A stretch of 64,000 nucleotides of DNA from Candidatus Omnitrophota bacterium (GTDB taxonomy: Bacteria; Omnitrophota; Gorgyraeia; Gygaellales; Profunditerraquicolaceae): positions 11,800-75,799 of the forward strand of contig JAOAET010000051.1 of NCBI GenBank assembly GCA_026416665.1, written 5' to 3'. The first letter of the stretch is position 1; every line of letters begins with the position of its first letter. The translations under genes and the position numbers were made by a program. Shown here in pieces: positions 47,946-58,439 of this stretch. The notes below the pieces were generated by a model. The model made no database searches. It was not told the DNA's origin and saw nothing but the letters and a program-made list of their open reading frames with translations.

Positions 47946-49328
47946 TTATAACCTATTTTCTAAAGCAGTGTCTATTGCCTCTTTAAGACTCTTAACTGGA
48001 ATGATTTCTATTCCTGATGTACGTAGACCTTTTGCCACAGTTGCTGGAATAATACACTGCTTAAAACCCAATTTCTCTGCTTCTTTAATCCTCGTTTCAA
48101 TCTGTGAACAGCTACGAATCTCCCCTGCTAACCCCACCTCGCCAACAGCTACCAAAGTTTGAATCACTGGCATATCACGAAAGGCAGAAGCAACAGCCAA
48201 AGACACCCCTAAATCTGCTGCAGGGTCCTGCACTTTAATTCCACCAGCGATATTAACAAAAATATCTGTTGTTTCTAAAGCAAGACCAATTCTTTTCTCT
48301 AAAACCGCTACCAAAAGGGTAAGGCGGTTATAATCAAACCCTTCTGCCCTTCTACGGGCATAGCCATAACCAGCGTGGCTTACCAAAGCCTGTATTTCTA
48401 CTAATAAAGGGCGTGTACCTTCTACAATAGGCACAACTAAAGAACCGGAAATATTTTTAGGCCTTTCTGCAAGAAAAATCTCTGAGGGATTATCTACTGC
48501 CAGCAGACCTTGACTAGTCATCTCAAAAACTCCAATCTCATTAGTAGAGCCGAATCTATTTTTAACCGCTCTTAAAATACGGTAAGTAGAAAATCTGTCA
48601 CCTTCAAAATAAAGCACAGTGTCTACAATATGCTCCAATACGCGCGGTCCAGCAATAGTTCCTTCTTTAGTAACGTGTCCGATAATAAACATTGCTGTTT
48701 TAGTGGTTTTGGCAAGTTGCGTTAGAATCCCTGCGCATTCGCGAACCTGACTTACACTGCCTGGTGATGAAGCAATTGATGGCTCAAACATTACCTGGAT
48801 GGAATCAATAACCACAAGATGAGGTTTTAGTTTATTTATATATTCACAAACCGCGGAAATATCTGTTTGATTAACAATGTAAAGATTTATATTACTTACT
48901 TCTGTACCCAAACGCTGTGCCCTTAACTTGGTTTGGGTAACTGATTCTTCTCCACTTACGTAAAGAACAGTCAGACCTGAAGCCACTAAATGGCTACAAA
49001 TCTGCAGTGAAATTGTAGATTTACCTATACCTGGATCCCCTCCGATAAGGGCAACGCAACCTTTCACAATACCCCCACCTAAAACACGGTCAAATTCACT
49101 AATATTTGTGCTAAAACGCTCAGTTTTCTCAAGTTGTACATCTCGCAATAAAACTGGCTGTTGGCTATACAAAGCTTGTCGCTTAGTAGTTTTTGCTACA
49201 GGTGCAGTGTAATTTTCTTCTACAAAAGAATTCCAACTGTTACAATCTGGACACCGACCAAGCCACTTTGCTGATTGATAACCACAATGTTGACAGGTAA
49301 AGACAGTTTTAGTATTTGCCATAAGCAC
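47946..49328 (-). CDS. radA: DNA repair protein RadA/Sms
   Basis: Zn finger 'CQHCGYQSAKWLGRCPDCNSW', Walker A 'GGDPGIGKST', 'KNRFG' motif and a Lon-like C-terminal domain. Confidence 0.9.
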   Translation of the reverse strand: MLMANTKTVFTCQHCGYQSAKWLGRCPDCNSWNSFVEENYTAPVAKTTKRQALYSQQPVLLRDVQLEKTERFSTNISEFDRVLGGGIVKGCVALIGGDPGIGKSTISLQICSHLVASGLTVLYVSGEESVTQTKLRAQRLGTEVSNINLYIVNQTDISAVCEYINKLKPHLVVIDSIQVMFEPSIASSPGSVSQVRECAGILTQLAKTTKTAMFIIGHVTKEGTIAGPRVLEHIVDTVLYFEGDRFSTYRILRAVKNRFGSTNEIGVFEMTSQGLLAVDNPSEIFLAERPKNISGSLVVPIVEGTRPLLVEIQALVSHAGYGYARRRAEGFDYNRLTLLVAVLEKRIGLALETTDIFVNIAGGIKVQDPAADLGVSLAVASAFRDMPVIQTLVAVGEVGLAGEIRSCSQIETRIKEAEKLGFKQCIIPATVAKGLRTSGIEIIPVKSLKEAIDTALENRL

Positions 49329-49369
49329 TTAAAAATTCACTTTAAAAAAAATGATATAAGTTCAAAAGA

Positions 49370-50071
49370 TTATTTCTTTGGAGACTTTGGCTCTGCTGAC
49401 TTTTCTCGCGGTTTAACAAGAAGCTTCCAGGGATGTTTTCTTATGTCAACAACAAGTTCTTCAAGTTGCTTATACAATGAATCATCATAAAGTAGCTTGC
49501 CAAGGGTACCTTCTTTGTTCTTAATTTTAGTTAAACCATCATCTAAGTTCTGGGTAAACGAAGAAATAGAATTGGTTAACGTCTTTATGTCATTCATACT
49601 CTGGTCTAGTTTAGTGGCAATAGATTTAGCCAACTCTCCAAATTCATGCATTGGTAACGGATTATTACCAATAATCATGGCATTTTCACCTAAGAAATTC
49701 GCATAGTTTTTTCCTGGCATAATTTCAATATATTTTTCTCCCAGCAATCCCAGAGTATTTACCCATACTTCCGAATCTTCTGGTATATGCACTCCCTTAC
49801 GAATATAGGCGACAATCTCCACTTTTGTGTTGTTGGTCTCTTGACTGGCAACAATATTAATATGCCTTACCTGTCCTACATCTACTCCTGCGAAACGAAC
49901 AGGTGCACCTACTTTAACACCGTTTATAAAATTAAAAATAAAAGTAACCTTGTAGGCAGAGATAGTGTTTTTAAAATCACCGATTAAAAGCACGAAAATA
50001 AAAAGAATAATGATAGCAATAAAAACAAATATTCCTACTTTAAACTCAGTTTTTGTTTTTCCAAAGTTCAT
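49370..50071 (-). CDS. mlaD: MCE-domain protein MlaD
   Basis: N-terminal TM anchor followed by an MCE fold ('GVKVGAPVRFAGVDVGQV'). Confidence 0.7.
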   Translation of the reverse strand: MNFGKTKTEFKVGIFVFIAIIILFIFVLLIGDFKNTISAYKVTFIFNFINGVKVGAPVRFAGVDVGQVRHINIVASQETNNTKVEIVAYIRKGVHIPEDSEVWVNTLGLLGEKYIEIMPGKNYANFLGENAMIIGNNPLPMHEFGELAKSIATKLDQSMNDIKTLTNSISSFTQNLDDGLTKIKNKEGTLGKLLYDDSLYKQLEELVVDIRKHPWKLLVKPREKSAEPKSPKK

Positions 50072-50084
50072 AAGACCCCCTCCA

Positions 50085-50858
50085 TTATCTGAACTGTTCC
50101 ACAGTTTCGGTTATGGGACCTTCTGAAAGGCCATTAATAAACTGATATACAATAGGATGTTCTGTGTTCTGTATCTCTTGGGGAGTGCCTTCAGCAATAA
50201 TCTGTCCTTGATAGAGCATAGCAATACGGTCAGCAATCTTATAGGCACTCTTCATATCGTGAGTTACCACAATAGAGGTGACCTTAAGCTTATCATGCAG
50301 ACCGCGGATAAGTTCATTAATAGAATCAGCGGTAATGGGGTCCATACCCGTTGTAGGTTCATCATATAAGATAATTTCTGGTCTGGTGCAAATTGCTCTG
50401 GCTAAAGCAACTCGTTTCTTCATTCCTCCGCTTAGCTCCGAAGGCATTAAACTAGCAATACCTGAAAGCCCCACTAATGATAAAGCCTCTTCCACCCGTT
50501 CGTATAAAGCATCACCCGACATATTTTCGTGCTCAATCAACTCAAAACCAACATTTTCTCCAACAGTCAAAGAATCAAAAAGTGCTCCCCCTTGAAAAAC
50601 CATATTAATCTTCTTATGAAATTCTTGTGCTTCTTTTCGAGTTAACTGCCAGATATCTTTACCATATACAAAAACATTACCACTATCCGGACGAATAAGT
50701 CGGATAATATGTTTAAGCATAACACTTTTACCACAGCCGGAACGACCTATAACTACTAAGGTTGAACCGCGCTTAACTTTCAAGTTACAGCCGCGTAATA
50801 CCTTTTGAGAATTAAAAGATTTATAGACGTTACGTAGCTCTATGATATAATCTTCCAT
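50085..50858 (-). CDS. mlaF: ABC transporter ATP-binding protein MlaF
   Basis: Walker A 'GRSGCGKS', ABC signature 'LSGGMKKRVALARA' and Walker B 'ILYDEPTTGMD'. Confidence 0.8.
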   Translation of the reverse strand: MEDYIIELRNVYKSFNSQKVLRGCNLKVKRGSTLVVIGRSGCGKSVMLKHIIRLIRPDSGNVFVYGKDIWQLTRKEAQEFHKKINMVFQGGALFDSLTVGENVGFELIEHENMSGDALYERVEEALSLVGLSGIASLMPSELSGGMKKRVALARAICTRPEIILYDEPTTGMDPITADSINELIRGLHDKLKVTSIVVTHDMKSAYKIADRIAMLYQGQIIAEGTPQEIQNTEHPIVYQFINGLSEGPITETVEQFR

Positions 50859-50864
50859 TTGATT

Positions 50865-51650
50865 TTATGGAAATATAAAATAAAACAATGCGGTAAAGAA
50901 ACAATCGCACATAATTATAAGAATAAATGAGGTAACCACTGAACGGGTAGTTGCTTTACCTACTCCCTCTGCTCCCCCTTCTACATTGAATGCCTCGTAG
51001 CAAGACACAAGTGCAATAATCATTCCAAAAAAAATAGTCTTTGCCAATCCTGTAAACAAATCCTTAAAAAGTAGTGAATCAAAGGTGATATTTAAATAAA
51101 GCCGTGAGGAAATTCCTAGTTTCAACACACAGATTGCCCACCCTCCAAAAATTCCAACAATATCTGCATAGAGGGTCAAAACAGGCAATACAAAAGCTAA
51201 GGCTACAAGTCGCGGCACAACCAAATATTTTATAGGATTTGCTGCCAATGTCTCCAATGCATCTATCTGTTCAGTTACTTGCATTGAACCTAACTCTGCA
51301 GTAATTGCTGCTCCTACACGACCGGCAACCACTAAAGCAGTAATTACAGGCCCCAACTCACGGACAATGGAAAGAGCAACAATACTGGCAATATACATCT
51401 CAGAGCCAAAACGAATCATTAGATACGATATCTGAAATGCCATAATTACGCCAATAAAAAAGGCAATTAAAGACACAAGTGGTAAACTTTCTACACCTGC
51501 CTTATGCATCTGCTCAAATATTCTACGCCTTGAGTAAGGGGGAACAAAAATCCAAATAATACTCTGAAAAGTAAGGTTAGTTAATCCACCCAAAAAATAT
51601 ATAAATTGCTGAAATTGACTGAATAAGTCATTTTTAACTTTTCTAAACAT
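50865..51650 (-). CDS. mlaE: ABC permease MlaE
   Basis: Five TM helices, about 260 aa, MlaE family size and context upstream of mlaF and mlaD. Confidence 0.7.
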   Translation of the reverse strand: MFRKVKNDLFSQFQQFIYFLGGLTNLTFQSIIWIFVPPYSRRRIFEQMHKAGVESLPLVSLIAFFIGVIMAFQISYLMIRFGSEMYIASIVALSIVRELGPVITALVVAGRVGAAITAELGSMQVTEQIDALETLAANPIKYLVVPRLVALAFVLPVLTLYADIVGIFGGWAICVLKLGISSRLYLNITFDSLLFKDLFTGLAKTIFFGMIIALVSCYEAFNVEGGAEGVGKATTRSVVTSFILIIMCDCFFTALFYFIFP

Positions 51651-51654
51651 AGGC

Positions 51655-54066
51655 TTATTCGAAAGCTAATTCTTGGTTTTTCCTTACTACAGTTACAGTT
51701 TGACCTTCCGTAAATTTCTTAGCAATAATCTCCGAAGCCAAGGGATCCTCTAAGAAACGTTGAATAGTGCGTTTAAGTGGACGTGCGCCAAAAACAGGGT
51801 CAAAACCTTTTTCAATTAAAAACTCCTTTGCCTCAGCCGTAACATTTAGTGTAATTGCCTGTTCTTTAAGACGTTCAGCAACATGGGCGATTTCAATATC
51901 TACAATTTTCACCAAATCCTCTTTTACTAGAGGCCTAAACACAATAATATCATCAATACGATTGAGGAACTCAGGCTTAAAAGTGCGTTTTACCTCTTCT
52001 AATAACTTTTCTTTCATTTCTTGGTAAGTAATATCCTCTTTCTGTGCACGAAATCCAATGGAAGTAGCTTTACGGATTAACTCTGCTCCTACATTAGAAG
52101 TCATAATCACTACCGTGTTTCTAAAATCCACTTTTCTTGCGAAGCTATCAGTAAGGCGTCCTTCCTCAAATACCTGTAAAAGTAAATTAAACACATCAGG
52201 ATGTGCCTTCTCTATTTCATCTAAAAGTATCACAGAATAAGGTTTCCTACGCACTTTTTCAGTTAACTGCCCTCCCTCTTCATAACCTACATATCCAGGA
52301 GGTGCACCAATAAGACGAGAAACATTAAATTTCTCCATATACTCAGACATGTCTAACTGAATGATGGCATCTTCCTGACCAAAAAGATACTCTGCAAGGG
52401 CACGCGCAAGTAAAGTCTTTCCCACACCAGTTGGACCTAGAAAAATAAACGAGCCAATTGGTCGACGAGGATCCTTAATACCTGCTCGTGAACGCCTAAT
52501 TGCTGAGGCTATGGCCGAAATTGCTTCATCTTGCCCCACTACTTTTTTATGTAACTCGTCTTCTATCTTAAGCAGTTTCTCACCCTCTTTTTGTTCTAAA
52601 CGAAAAAGGGGAATTCCTGTCCATTGTGAAACAATTCGAGCAATATCTTCCTCTCCTACTTGTGGCCTTATCTTATCCTTAGTCTGTGCCCATTGACGAT
52701 TAAGTTTCTCTAGTTCTTCACGCGCCTGCCGCTCTTGGTCACGTAAGGCTGCAGCCTTTTCAAAATCTTGTGCCTTTATATGCATTTCTTTTTCTTTACG
52801 CAGTGCCTCTACCCTTGCCTCTAATTCCTTAATTTCAGGAGGCACCACTAATACATTTAAACGTGCACGTGAACCTGCTTCATCAATCAAATCAATGGCT
52901 TTATCAGGTAAAAATCTTCCTGAGATATAACGGTCGGATAACTTTGCCGCTGCTACTAATGCCTCTTCAGTAAAGGTAACACGGTGATGACTTTCATACT
53001 TCTCCCTTAGTCCTTTAAGAATTTCAACAGTCTGTTCCACTGTCGGCGGCTCAACCATTATTGTCTGAAATCTCCGCTCAAGAGCTGCATCTTTCTCAAT
53101 ATACTTACGATACTCGTCTAACGTAGTTGCTCCGATACACTGAATTTCACCACGGGATAAAGCAGGTTTAAGAATATTAGAGGCATCTATTGCCCCTTCT
53201 GCAGCACCTGCTCCTACTAAAGTATGCAACTCATCAATAAAAATAATTACATCCTGTGAACGCTTTATCTCCTCCATTACTGCTTTAATACGCTCTTCAA
53301 ATTGTCCGCGGTATTTTGTTCCAGCAATCATCAAAGCAAGGTCTAAAACAATCAGGCGCTTATGTCGCAATATCTCGGGGACATTTCCTGCAACAATTGC
53401 CTGGGCAAGACCTTCTACTATAGCGGTTTTTCCTACACCTGCCTCTCCTAAAAGCACGGGATTATTTTTTGTCCTTCGGCTTAGGATTTGAATAACCCGT
53501 TCAATCTCTGTCTTGCGGTTTATTACTGGGTCAAGCTTATTCTCACGAGCAAGAGCAGTCAAGTCTCTTCCAAAGGCATCTAAAGCAGGGGTTTTAGTTT
53601 TTGCCCCCTGTTGACTAAAAGTCGGCACATCTGAACCTAATACCTCCATTATCTTGTTTCGCACGGTAGTTAAATCTAAACCCAAGTTCAACAATATCTG
53701 CGATGCCACACCTTCTTCTTCGCGAATCAATCCCAGTAATAAATGCTCTGTTCCAATATAGTTGTGCCCTAAAGCACGTGCCTCTTCTGCGGCCAACTCT
53801 AGTGCCTTCTTTGCACGCGGAGTAAAAGGCAAATCTCCGATAATCTGAGTAGCTGGTCCTGGTTGCACTAATTTTTCAATCTCAATACGAATATTCTCTA
53901 ACGATACCCCCATCTTTTCTAAGACCGTAGCAGCCACTCCTTCTCCTTCACGGATAAGCCCTAAAAGTATATGCTCAGTTCCAATATAGTCATGGTTAAA
54001 TCTTTTAGCTTCTTCTTTTGCAAGAATAATTACCTTGCGTGCCCGTTCAGTAAAGCGATTAAACAT
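51655..54066 (-). CDS. clpC: ATP-dependent Clp protease ATP-binding subunit ClpC
   Basis: Two Clp_N repeats, two AAA+ modules ([16 protein letters not shown]), a ClpP-binding loop (IGF motif) and a linker/UVR-like middle domain. Confidence 0.9.
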   Translation of the reverse strand: MFNRFTERARKVIILAKEEAKRFNHDYIGTEHILLGLIREGEGVAATVLEKMGVSLENIRIEIEKLVQPGPATQIIGDLPFTPRAKKALELAAEEARALGHNYIGTEHLLLGLIREEEGVASQILLNLGLDLTTVRNKIMEVLGSDVPTFSQQGAKTKTPALDAFGRDLTALARENKLDPVINRKTEIERVIQILSRRTKNNPVLLGEAGVGKTAIVEGLAQAIVAGNVPEILRHKRLIVLDLALMIAGTKYRGQFEERIKAVMEEIKRSQDVIIFIDELHTLVGAGAAEGAIDASNILKPALSRGEIQCIGATTLDEYRKYIEKDAALERRFQTIMVEPPTVEQTVEILKGLREKYESHHRVTFTEEALVAAAKLSDRYISGRFLPDKAIDLIDEAGSRARLNVLVVPPEIKELEARVEALRKEKEMHIKAQDFEKAAALRDQERQAREELEKLNRQWAQTKDKIRPQVGEEDIARIVSQWTGIPLFRLEQKEGEKLLKIEDELHKKVVGQDEAISAIASAIRRSRAGIKDPRRPIGSFIFLGPTGVGKTLLARALAEYLFGQEDAIIQLDMSEYMEKFNVSRLIGAPPGYVGYEEGGQLTEKVRRKPYSVILLDEIEKAHPDVFNLLLQVFEEGRLTDSFARKVDFRNTVVIMTSNVGAELIRKATSIGFRAQKEDITYQEMKEKLLEEVKRTFKPEFLNRIDDIIVFRPLVKEDLVKIVDIEIAHVAERLKEQAITLNVTAEAKEFLIEKGFDPVFGARPLKRTIQRFLEDPLASEIIAKKFTEGQTVTVVRKNQELAFE

Positions 54067-54087
54067 ATTGCCTCCTATAAAGTAGCA

Positions 54088-55143
54088 TCACAGAGCTTTC
54101 TCTAATCTGTTGCGAATAAGCTCTGCGCGTTTTATATCACGTTCGTTTTGGTTTAGTTTTTTGTTCTCCATCTTCTGCAGATGCGCTGGTTGTGTAATAA
54201 TAAAAAGTTCATTGATAATTCGTCTGTTGATGTCTTTAATTATCTCTAAATCTACACCAAGCCGCACCAAAGAGAGTAACTCTGTTGTCTCCTGACTAGA
54301 GATTATTCTTGCGCTCTTTAATATTCCGTAGCTACGGTTAATCTTGTCTTCTAAGAGTGCTCTGTTTTGGGTAAGAAGGAGATTACGAGCCTGATTTTCC
54401 TGCTCAATAATTTGACGTATAAGACCATTTATGTTGTCAATAAGCTCAGTATCATTTCTTCCTAAGGCAATCTGATTAGAAATCTGAAAGAAATTACCCA
54501 TTGCTTGCGTTCCTTCACCGTATAAGCCGCGTGTAGCAAAACTTAATTTTGCAATTGCTGCTAGAACCTGATTAATCTGACGGGTCATTACTAACCCCGG
54601 CAGATGTAGCATCACTGAACCACGCATCCCCGTTCCTGTGTTAGTCGGACAAGCAGTTAAATATCCCCAATCTTCAGAGAATGCAAAAGATAACTCCTCT
54701 GCCAGGCAGTCATCAATACGATTGATTATGTTATAAGCCTCAAAGAGATTAAACCCTGACTGCATAACTTGGATACGCAAATGATCCTCTTCATTTATCA
54801 TAATAGAAACTATCTCTTCGCTATCTATTATCACAGCTTTTGAATCACTTTTTTGTGCATGTTCATAGGACATAAGGTGGCGTTCTACTAAAAACTGTTT
54901 ATCTAAACTGTCCATATCTGCTAATTTAAAAAGAGTGGACTTCTTCAGATAATCAATGTTTTTCATTGCCTCTTCCACCATATCCAAAACTTGTTTTGAC
55001 TGGCGTTTGTTTGCCCAGTGAGGAAAAGGCAACTTCTCAATATTGCGCGCAAAACGCACACGACTGGAGATAACAATATTAGAGTGTGGACCTGTTCCTT
55101 TCAACCACTCACTTGTATGAGATAGAAGGTCATTTAACTGCAT
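54088..55143 (-). CDS. mcsB: Protein-arginine kinase McsB (ATP:guanido phosphotransferase family)
   Basis: Phosphagen-kinase active-site region 'CPTNTGTGMR'. About 350 aa. It sits between mcsA and clpC. Confidence 0.8.
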   Translation of the reverse strand: MQLNDLLSHTSEWLKGTGPHSNIVISSRVRFARNIEKLPFPHWANKRQSKQVLDMVEEAMKNIDYLKKSTLFKLADMDSLDKQFLVERHLMSYEHAQKSDSKAVIIDSEEIVSIMINEEDHLRIQVMQSGFNLFEAYNIINRIDDCLAEELSFAFSEDWGYLTACPTNTGTGMRGSVMLHLPGLVMTRQINQVLAAIAKLSFATRGLYGEGTQAMGNFFQISNQIALGRNDTELIDNINGLIRQIIEQENQARNLLLTQNRALLEDKINRSYGILKSARIISSQETTELLSLVRLGVDLEIIKDINRRIINELFIITQPAHLQKMENKKLNQNERDIKRAELIRNRLEKAL

Positions 55144-55145
55144 AA

Positions 55146-55661
55146 TTATCCTTCTTGTTTCTTTTCCTTTTCTTGTAATTGCCGAATTTGGTCGCGAATA
55201 ATCGCTGCCTCTTCGTATGCCTCACGTTGAATAGCATCTTGTAGCTTACAACGTAATTGCTGAATATCCATTTTTTTCTTGTTTGCCTTTGTCGCTCCTG
55301 TTTTTGGAGGGCATTTACCGCAATGAATGCTTGAACCGTGTATTCTTTTTAAAAGTGGATACAAAAACTTCTTAAAAGCACTGTAACATTCACTGCAACC
55401 AAGTCGACCAATTTTTTTGAAGTCTTTGTAGCTCATCCCACAGTTAGGACACTTGGCAACATTAGACTCCTTCTCTTCTTGTGGTGGTTTCTCAATATCC
55501 GCAAGCCCTGCTAATAGGTCAGAAAGCCCAAACTGTTGTTCCATCTGTGAGCTTTTTTTACGAGCACACTCTTCACAAAGATGTAACTCACTCATTTGGT
55601 CATCAATAATTTCAGTTAAGTGAACAGTAGCAGTATTTTTTCCACAGACATCACATAACAT
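55146..55661 (-). CDS. mcsA: McsA, arginine kinase activator with two Zn-fingers and a UVR motif
   Basis: 'CDVCGK...CEEC' and 'CPNCG...CSEC' fingers plus the C-terminal UVR motif 'REAYEEAAIIRDQIRQLQ'. Confidence 0.75.
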   Translation of the reverse strand: MLCDVCGKNTATVHLTEIIDDQMSELHLCEECARKKSSQMEQQFGLSDLLAGLADIEKPPQEEKESNVAKCPNCGMSYKDFKKIGRLGCSECYSAFKKFLYPLLKRIHGSSIHCGKCPPKTGATKANKKKMDIQQLRCKLQDAIQREAYEEAAIIRDQIRQLQEKEKKQEG

Positions 55662-55693
55662 AAAAAGTCCTTTTTAAGATAAAATAAGATAAA

Positions 55694-56563
55694 TTAATAG
55701 CGTATCCCATCAGTCTTGGTCCTTTGATGAAACTTACGGATGAGTTTCTGAGTAATTTCTCCTGGCTTACCTGTTCCAATAGAACGGCCGTCAACATTAA
55801 CTACAGGAATAATCTCAGCAGCTGTACCAGTTAAAAAACACTCATCAGCATTATACAATTCATGCCGGGTAATTACATGTTCATGTGTGGGGATACGCAT
55901 CTTCCTGGCAATTTCTAAAACAGTATCGCGGGTAATACCACGTAAAGTCCCCATACACTGGGGTGGTGTATACAACTCTTTATTACGCACAATAAAAATA
56001 TTATCCCCTGTACATTCAGCAACATACCCCAACGAATCAAGCATAATTGCCTCATCGCAACCTGAATTAATTGCCTCTATTTTTGCTAAGATATTATTAA
56101 GATAATTTAAGGACTTTATCTGAGGGTTAAGCGCCTCCGGTAGATTTCTTACCGTCGGAACAGTCACAATACGCAAACCCTCTTGGTAAAATTTTTCTGG
56201 ATAAAGCTTAATGGTATCTGTAATAATAATAATTGTAGCATTTCCTTTACACTTACGCGGGTCAAGTCCTAAGTCTCCTATTCCTCTTGTAACAATTAAA
56301 CGAATATAGGCGTCTTTCAGATTGTTTTTACGTAAAGTAGCAATCACTGCTTTAATCATTTCTTCTTTAGTAAGCGGAATCTCTAACATAATAGTGTGCG
56401 CTGATTCATAAAGTCTATCAATATGCTCTTTTAGTTTAAAGACCAAGCGGTTGTAGGCACGTATTCCTTCAAAAACACCGTCGCCATAAAGTAAACCGTG
56501 GTCAAAAACTGAAATTTTTGCTTGCTCTTTCTTATAGAATTTACCGTTTATATAAACCTTCAT
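55694..56563 (-). CDS. ilvE: Branched-chain amino acid aminotransferase (fold type IV PLP)
   Basis: '[11 protein letters not shown]' and '[10 protein letters not shown]'. A D-amino-acid aminotransferase cannot be fully excluded. Confidence 0.7.
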   Translation of the reverse strand: MKVYINGKFYKKEQAKISVFDHGLLYGDGVFEGIRAYNRLVFKLKEHIDRLYESAHTIMLEIPLTKEEMIKAVIATLRKNNLKDAYIRLIVTRGIGDLGLDPRKCKGNATIIIITDTIKLYPEKFYQEGLRIVTVPTVRNLPEALNPQIKSLNYLNNILAKIEAINSGCDEAIMLDSLGYVAECTGDNIFIVRNKELYTPPQCMGTLRGITRDTVLEIARKMRIPTHEHVITRHELYNADECFLTGTAAEIIPVVNVDGRSIGTGKPGEITQKLIRKFHQRTKTDGIRY

Positions 56564-56576
56564 TCAACCTCCTTGA

Positions 56577-57245
56577 TTAATTTAGAAGTATGCCATCGCG
56601 TAATTCATAAATAAAATCTGCTTTTTGGGCAATTTGTTCATTGTGGGTAACCAAAATAATTGTCATTCCGTAATCTCTATGAAATTTTTTAAGAAGTAAA
56701 ATTATCTCTTTGCTTGCCTGCGAATCCAAATTCCCTGTTGGCTCGTCACAAAGTAACAGCTGTGGTTTGTTAATTAAAGCTCTGGCAATTGCACAACGTT
56801 GCCTTTCTCCTCCTGAAAGTTGACTAGGGTAGTGATGCAGTCGCTTATCTAACCCTACTTGTTGTAATAAAATTTGCGCCTGTTTTAATATATCTTTTAA
56901 CTTCTCTCTACCTGTTATTAACGCAGGCATAGCTACATTCTCTAAAGCAGTAAATTCAGTTAAAAGATGATAAAACTGGAACACAAACCCAATCTTAAGA
57001 TTACGCAATCTGGCTAGTTCTGTCTCTGACAGTTTATATATATCCTGTCCATCTAAAAAAACATTACCTTCTTCTGGAGAATCTAATCCACCGATAATAT
57101 GTAAAAGCGTAGACTTCCCGGCCCCCGAAGGACCTACTAAGGCATTAAATGACCCCTTCTGAGCTTTCAAATTTACACCTTTTAGAACGTGCAGTTTTTT
57201 ATCACCGCTTAAGTATGATTTATGAACATTATGTATCTCTAACAT
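56577..57245 (-). CDS. lolD: Lipoprotein-releasing system ATP-binding protein LolD
   Basis: Walker A 'GPSGAGKST', '[14 protein letters not shown]' and the LolD-type motif region; adjacent to a FtsX-like permease. Confidence 0.8.
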   Translation of the reverse strand: MLEIHNVHKSYLSGDKKLHVLKGVNLKAQKGSFNALVGPSGAGKSTLLHIIGGLDSPEEGNVFLDGQDIYKLSETELARLRNLKIGFVFQFYHLLTEFTALENVAMPALITGREKLKDILKQAQILLQQVGLDKRLHHYPSQLSGGERQRCAIARALINKPQLLLCDEPTGNLDSQASKEIILLLKKFHRDYGMTIILVTHNEQIAQKADFIYELRDGILLN

Positions 57246-58436
57246 CTATTCGTAGCGTAATGCCTCCACTGGCGCCAGCCCTGCTGCTTTAAAAGCTGGA
57301 TAAACCGTCGCAAGTAGAGTAATTACTAATGCTGCTAGCACAATTAATACAACATCTGGCCAAAACTGAACTGCAACAGGCATACGGTCAAGATAATAAA
57401 TATCTTGTGGCAACTTGACAAACTGGTATTTCTTCAGTAAACCACAAAGCCCCAAACCGCCGATTAAACCTAAACAGGCACCACTTGCACCAATCAACAA
57501 ACCCTCTAAAGTAAATATTTTAGCAATCTCTTTTTGAGATAACCCCATTGCTTTTAAAATACCTATATCCTTGGTTTTTTCTACCACCATCACTACCAAA
57601 GTACTTGCAATATTAAAGGAAGCCACTAAAACAATTAGCGCTAAAATAACAAACATTGCCATTTTTTCTAATTTCAATGCTGCAAAGAAACTAGCATTTG
57701 CCTCTATCCAGCTTTTAATGTTATAATCAAAACCTATTTTTTGGTAAAGCTTTGGTTTTATCCTCTCGGCAGCAAACATATCATCTAATCTAACTGCAAT
57801 TCCCGTTATGTGCTGACCCATTTCAAGAATCTCTTGGGCAGTAGAATAATGAACAACTAAAAGGTTTAAATCGTAATCGTACATGCCTGAACCAAAGATA
57901 GCCACCACCTTTAACTTGTATTCTTTTCCTGTTGGAGAATAAATCTGCATCTCTGAACCAACTGGTAACCCCATATAATTGGCAAGCTCTTTACCAATAA
58001 TAGCGGTTTTTGGTAATAGTCTTTCTAGAGCACCTTGTTTTATATACTGTTTCAGTTTTGTAACATTTTTTTCTTTCTCAGGGTCAATACCACGAAACTG
58101 CAGTGCCATATAACGTTGGTCGCTTTTTAATAAAACCTGTGCCTGTATAAAAGGTGAAACAGCAGCTACCCCTTTTACAGAAGTTATTTTTTCTTCTAGT
58201 TTATTATATGTCTCCATCCTAATTGGATGAAAACCCACAATATTTATATGTGCGTAATTACCAACTATTTTATCACGCAGGTCACGGTCAAAACCAGTCA
58301 TTACTGCTAAAACTACAAGTAGAGCCATTACTCCTATGGCTACTCCCAAGACAGAAATAATACTAATCAATAAGAGAAATCTTTCTTTGCGCCTGGTTAA
58401 TAAATACCGCAAACTAATCCATAGTATCAAAGGCAT
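57246..58436 (-). CDS. lolC: Lipoprotein-releasing system permease LolC/E (FtsX-like)
   Basis: TM1, a large periplasmic domain and three C-terminal TM helices (MacB/FtsX architecture). Confidence 0.75.
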   Translation of the reverse strand: MPLILWISLRYLLTRRKERFLLLISIISVLGVAIGVMALLVVLAVMTGFDRDLRDKIVGNYAHINIVGFHPIRMETYNKLEEKITSVKGVAAVSPFIQAQVLLKSDQRYMALQFRGIDPEKEKNVTKLKQYIKQGALERLLPKTAIIGKELANYMGLPVGSEMQIYSPTGKEYKLKVVAIFGSGMYDYDLNLLVVHYSTAQEILEMGQHITGIAVRLDDMFAAERIKPKLYQKIGFDYNIKSWIEANASFFAALKLEKMAMFVILALIVLVASFNIASTLVVMVVEKTKDIGILKAMGLSQKEIAKIFTLEGLLIGASGACLGLIGGLGLCGLLKKYQFVKLPQDIYYLDRMPVAVQFWPDVVLIVLAALVITLLATVYPAFKAAGLAPVEALRYE

Positions 58437-58439
58437 AAC

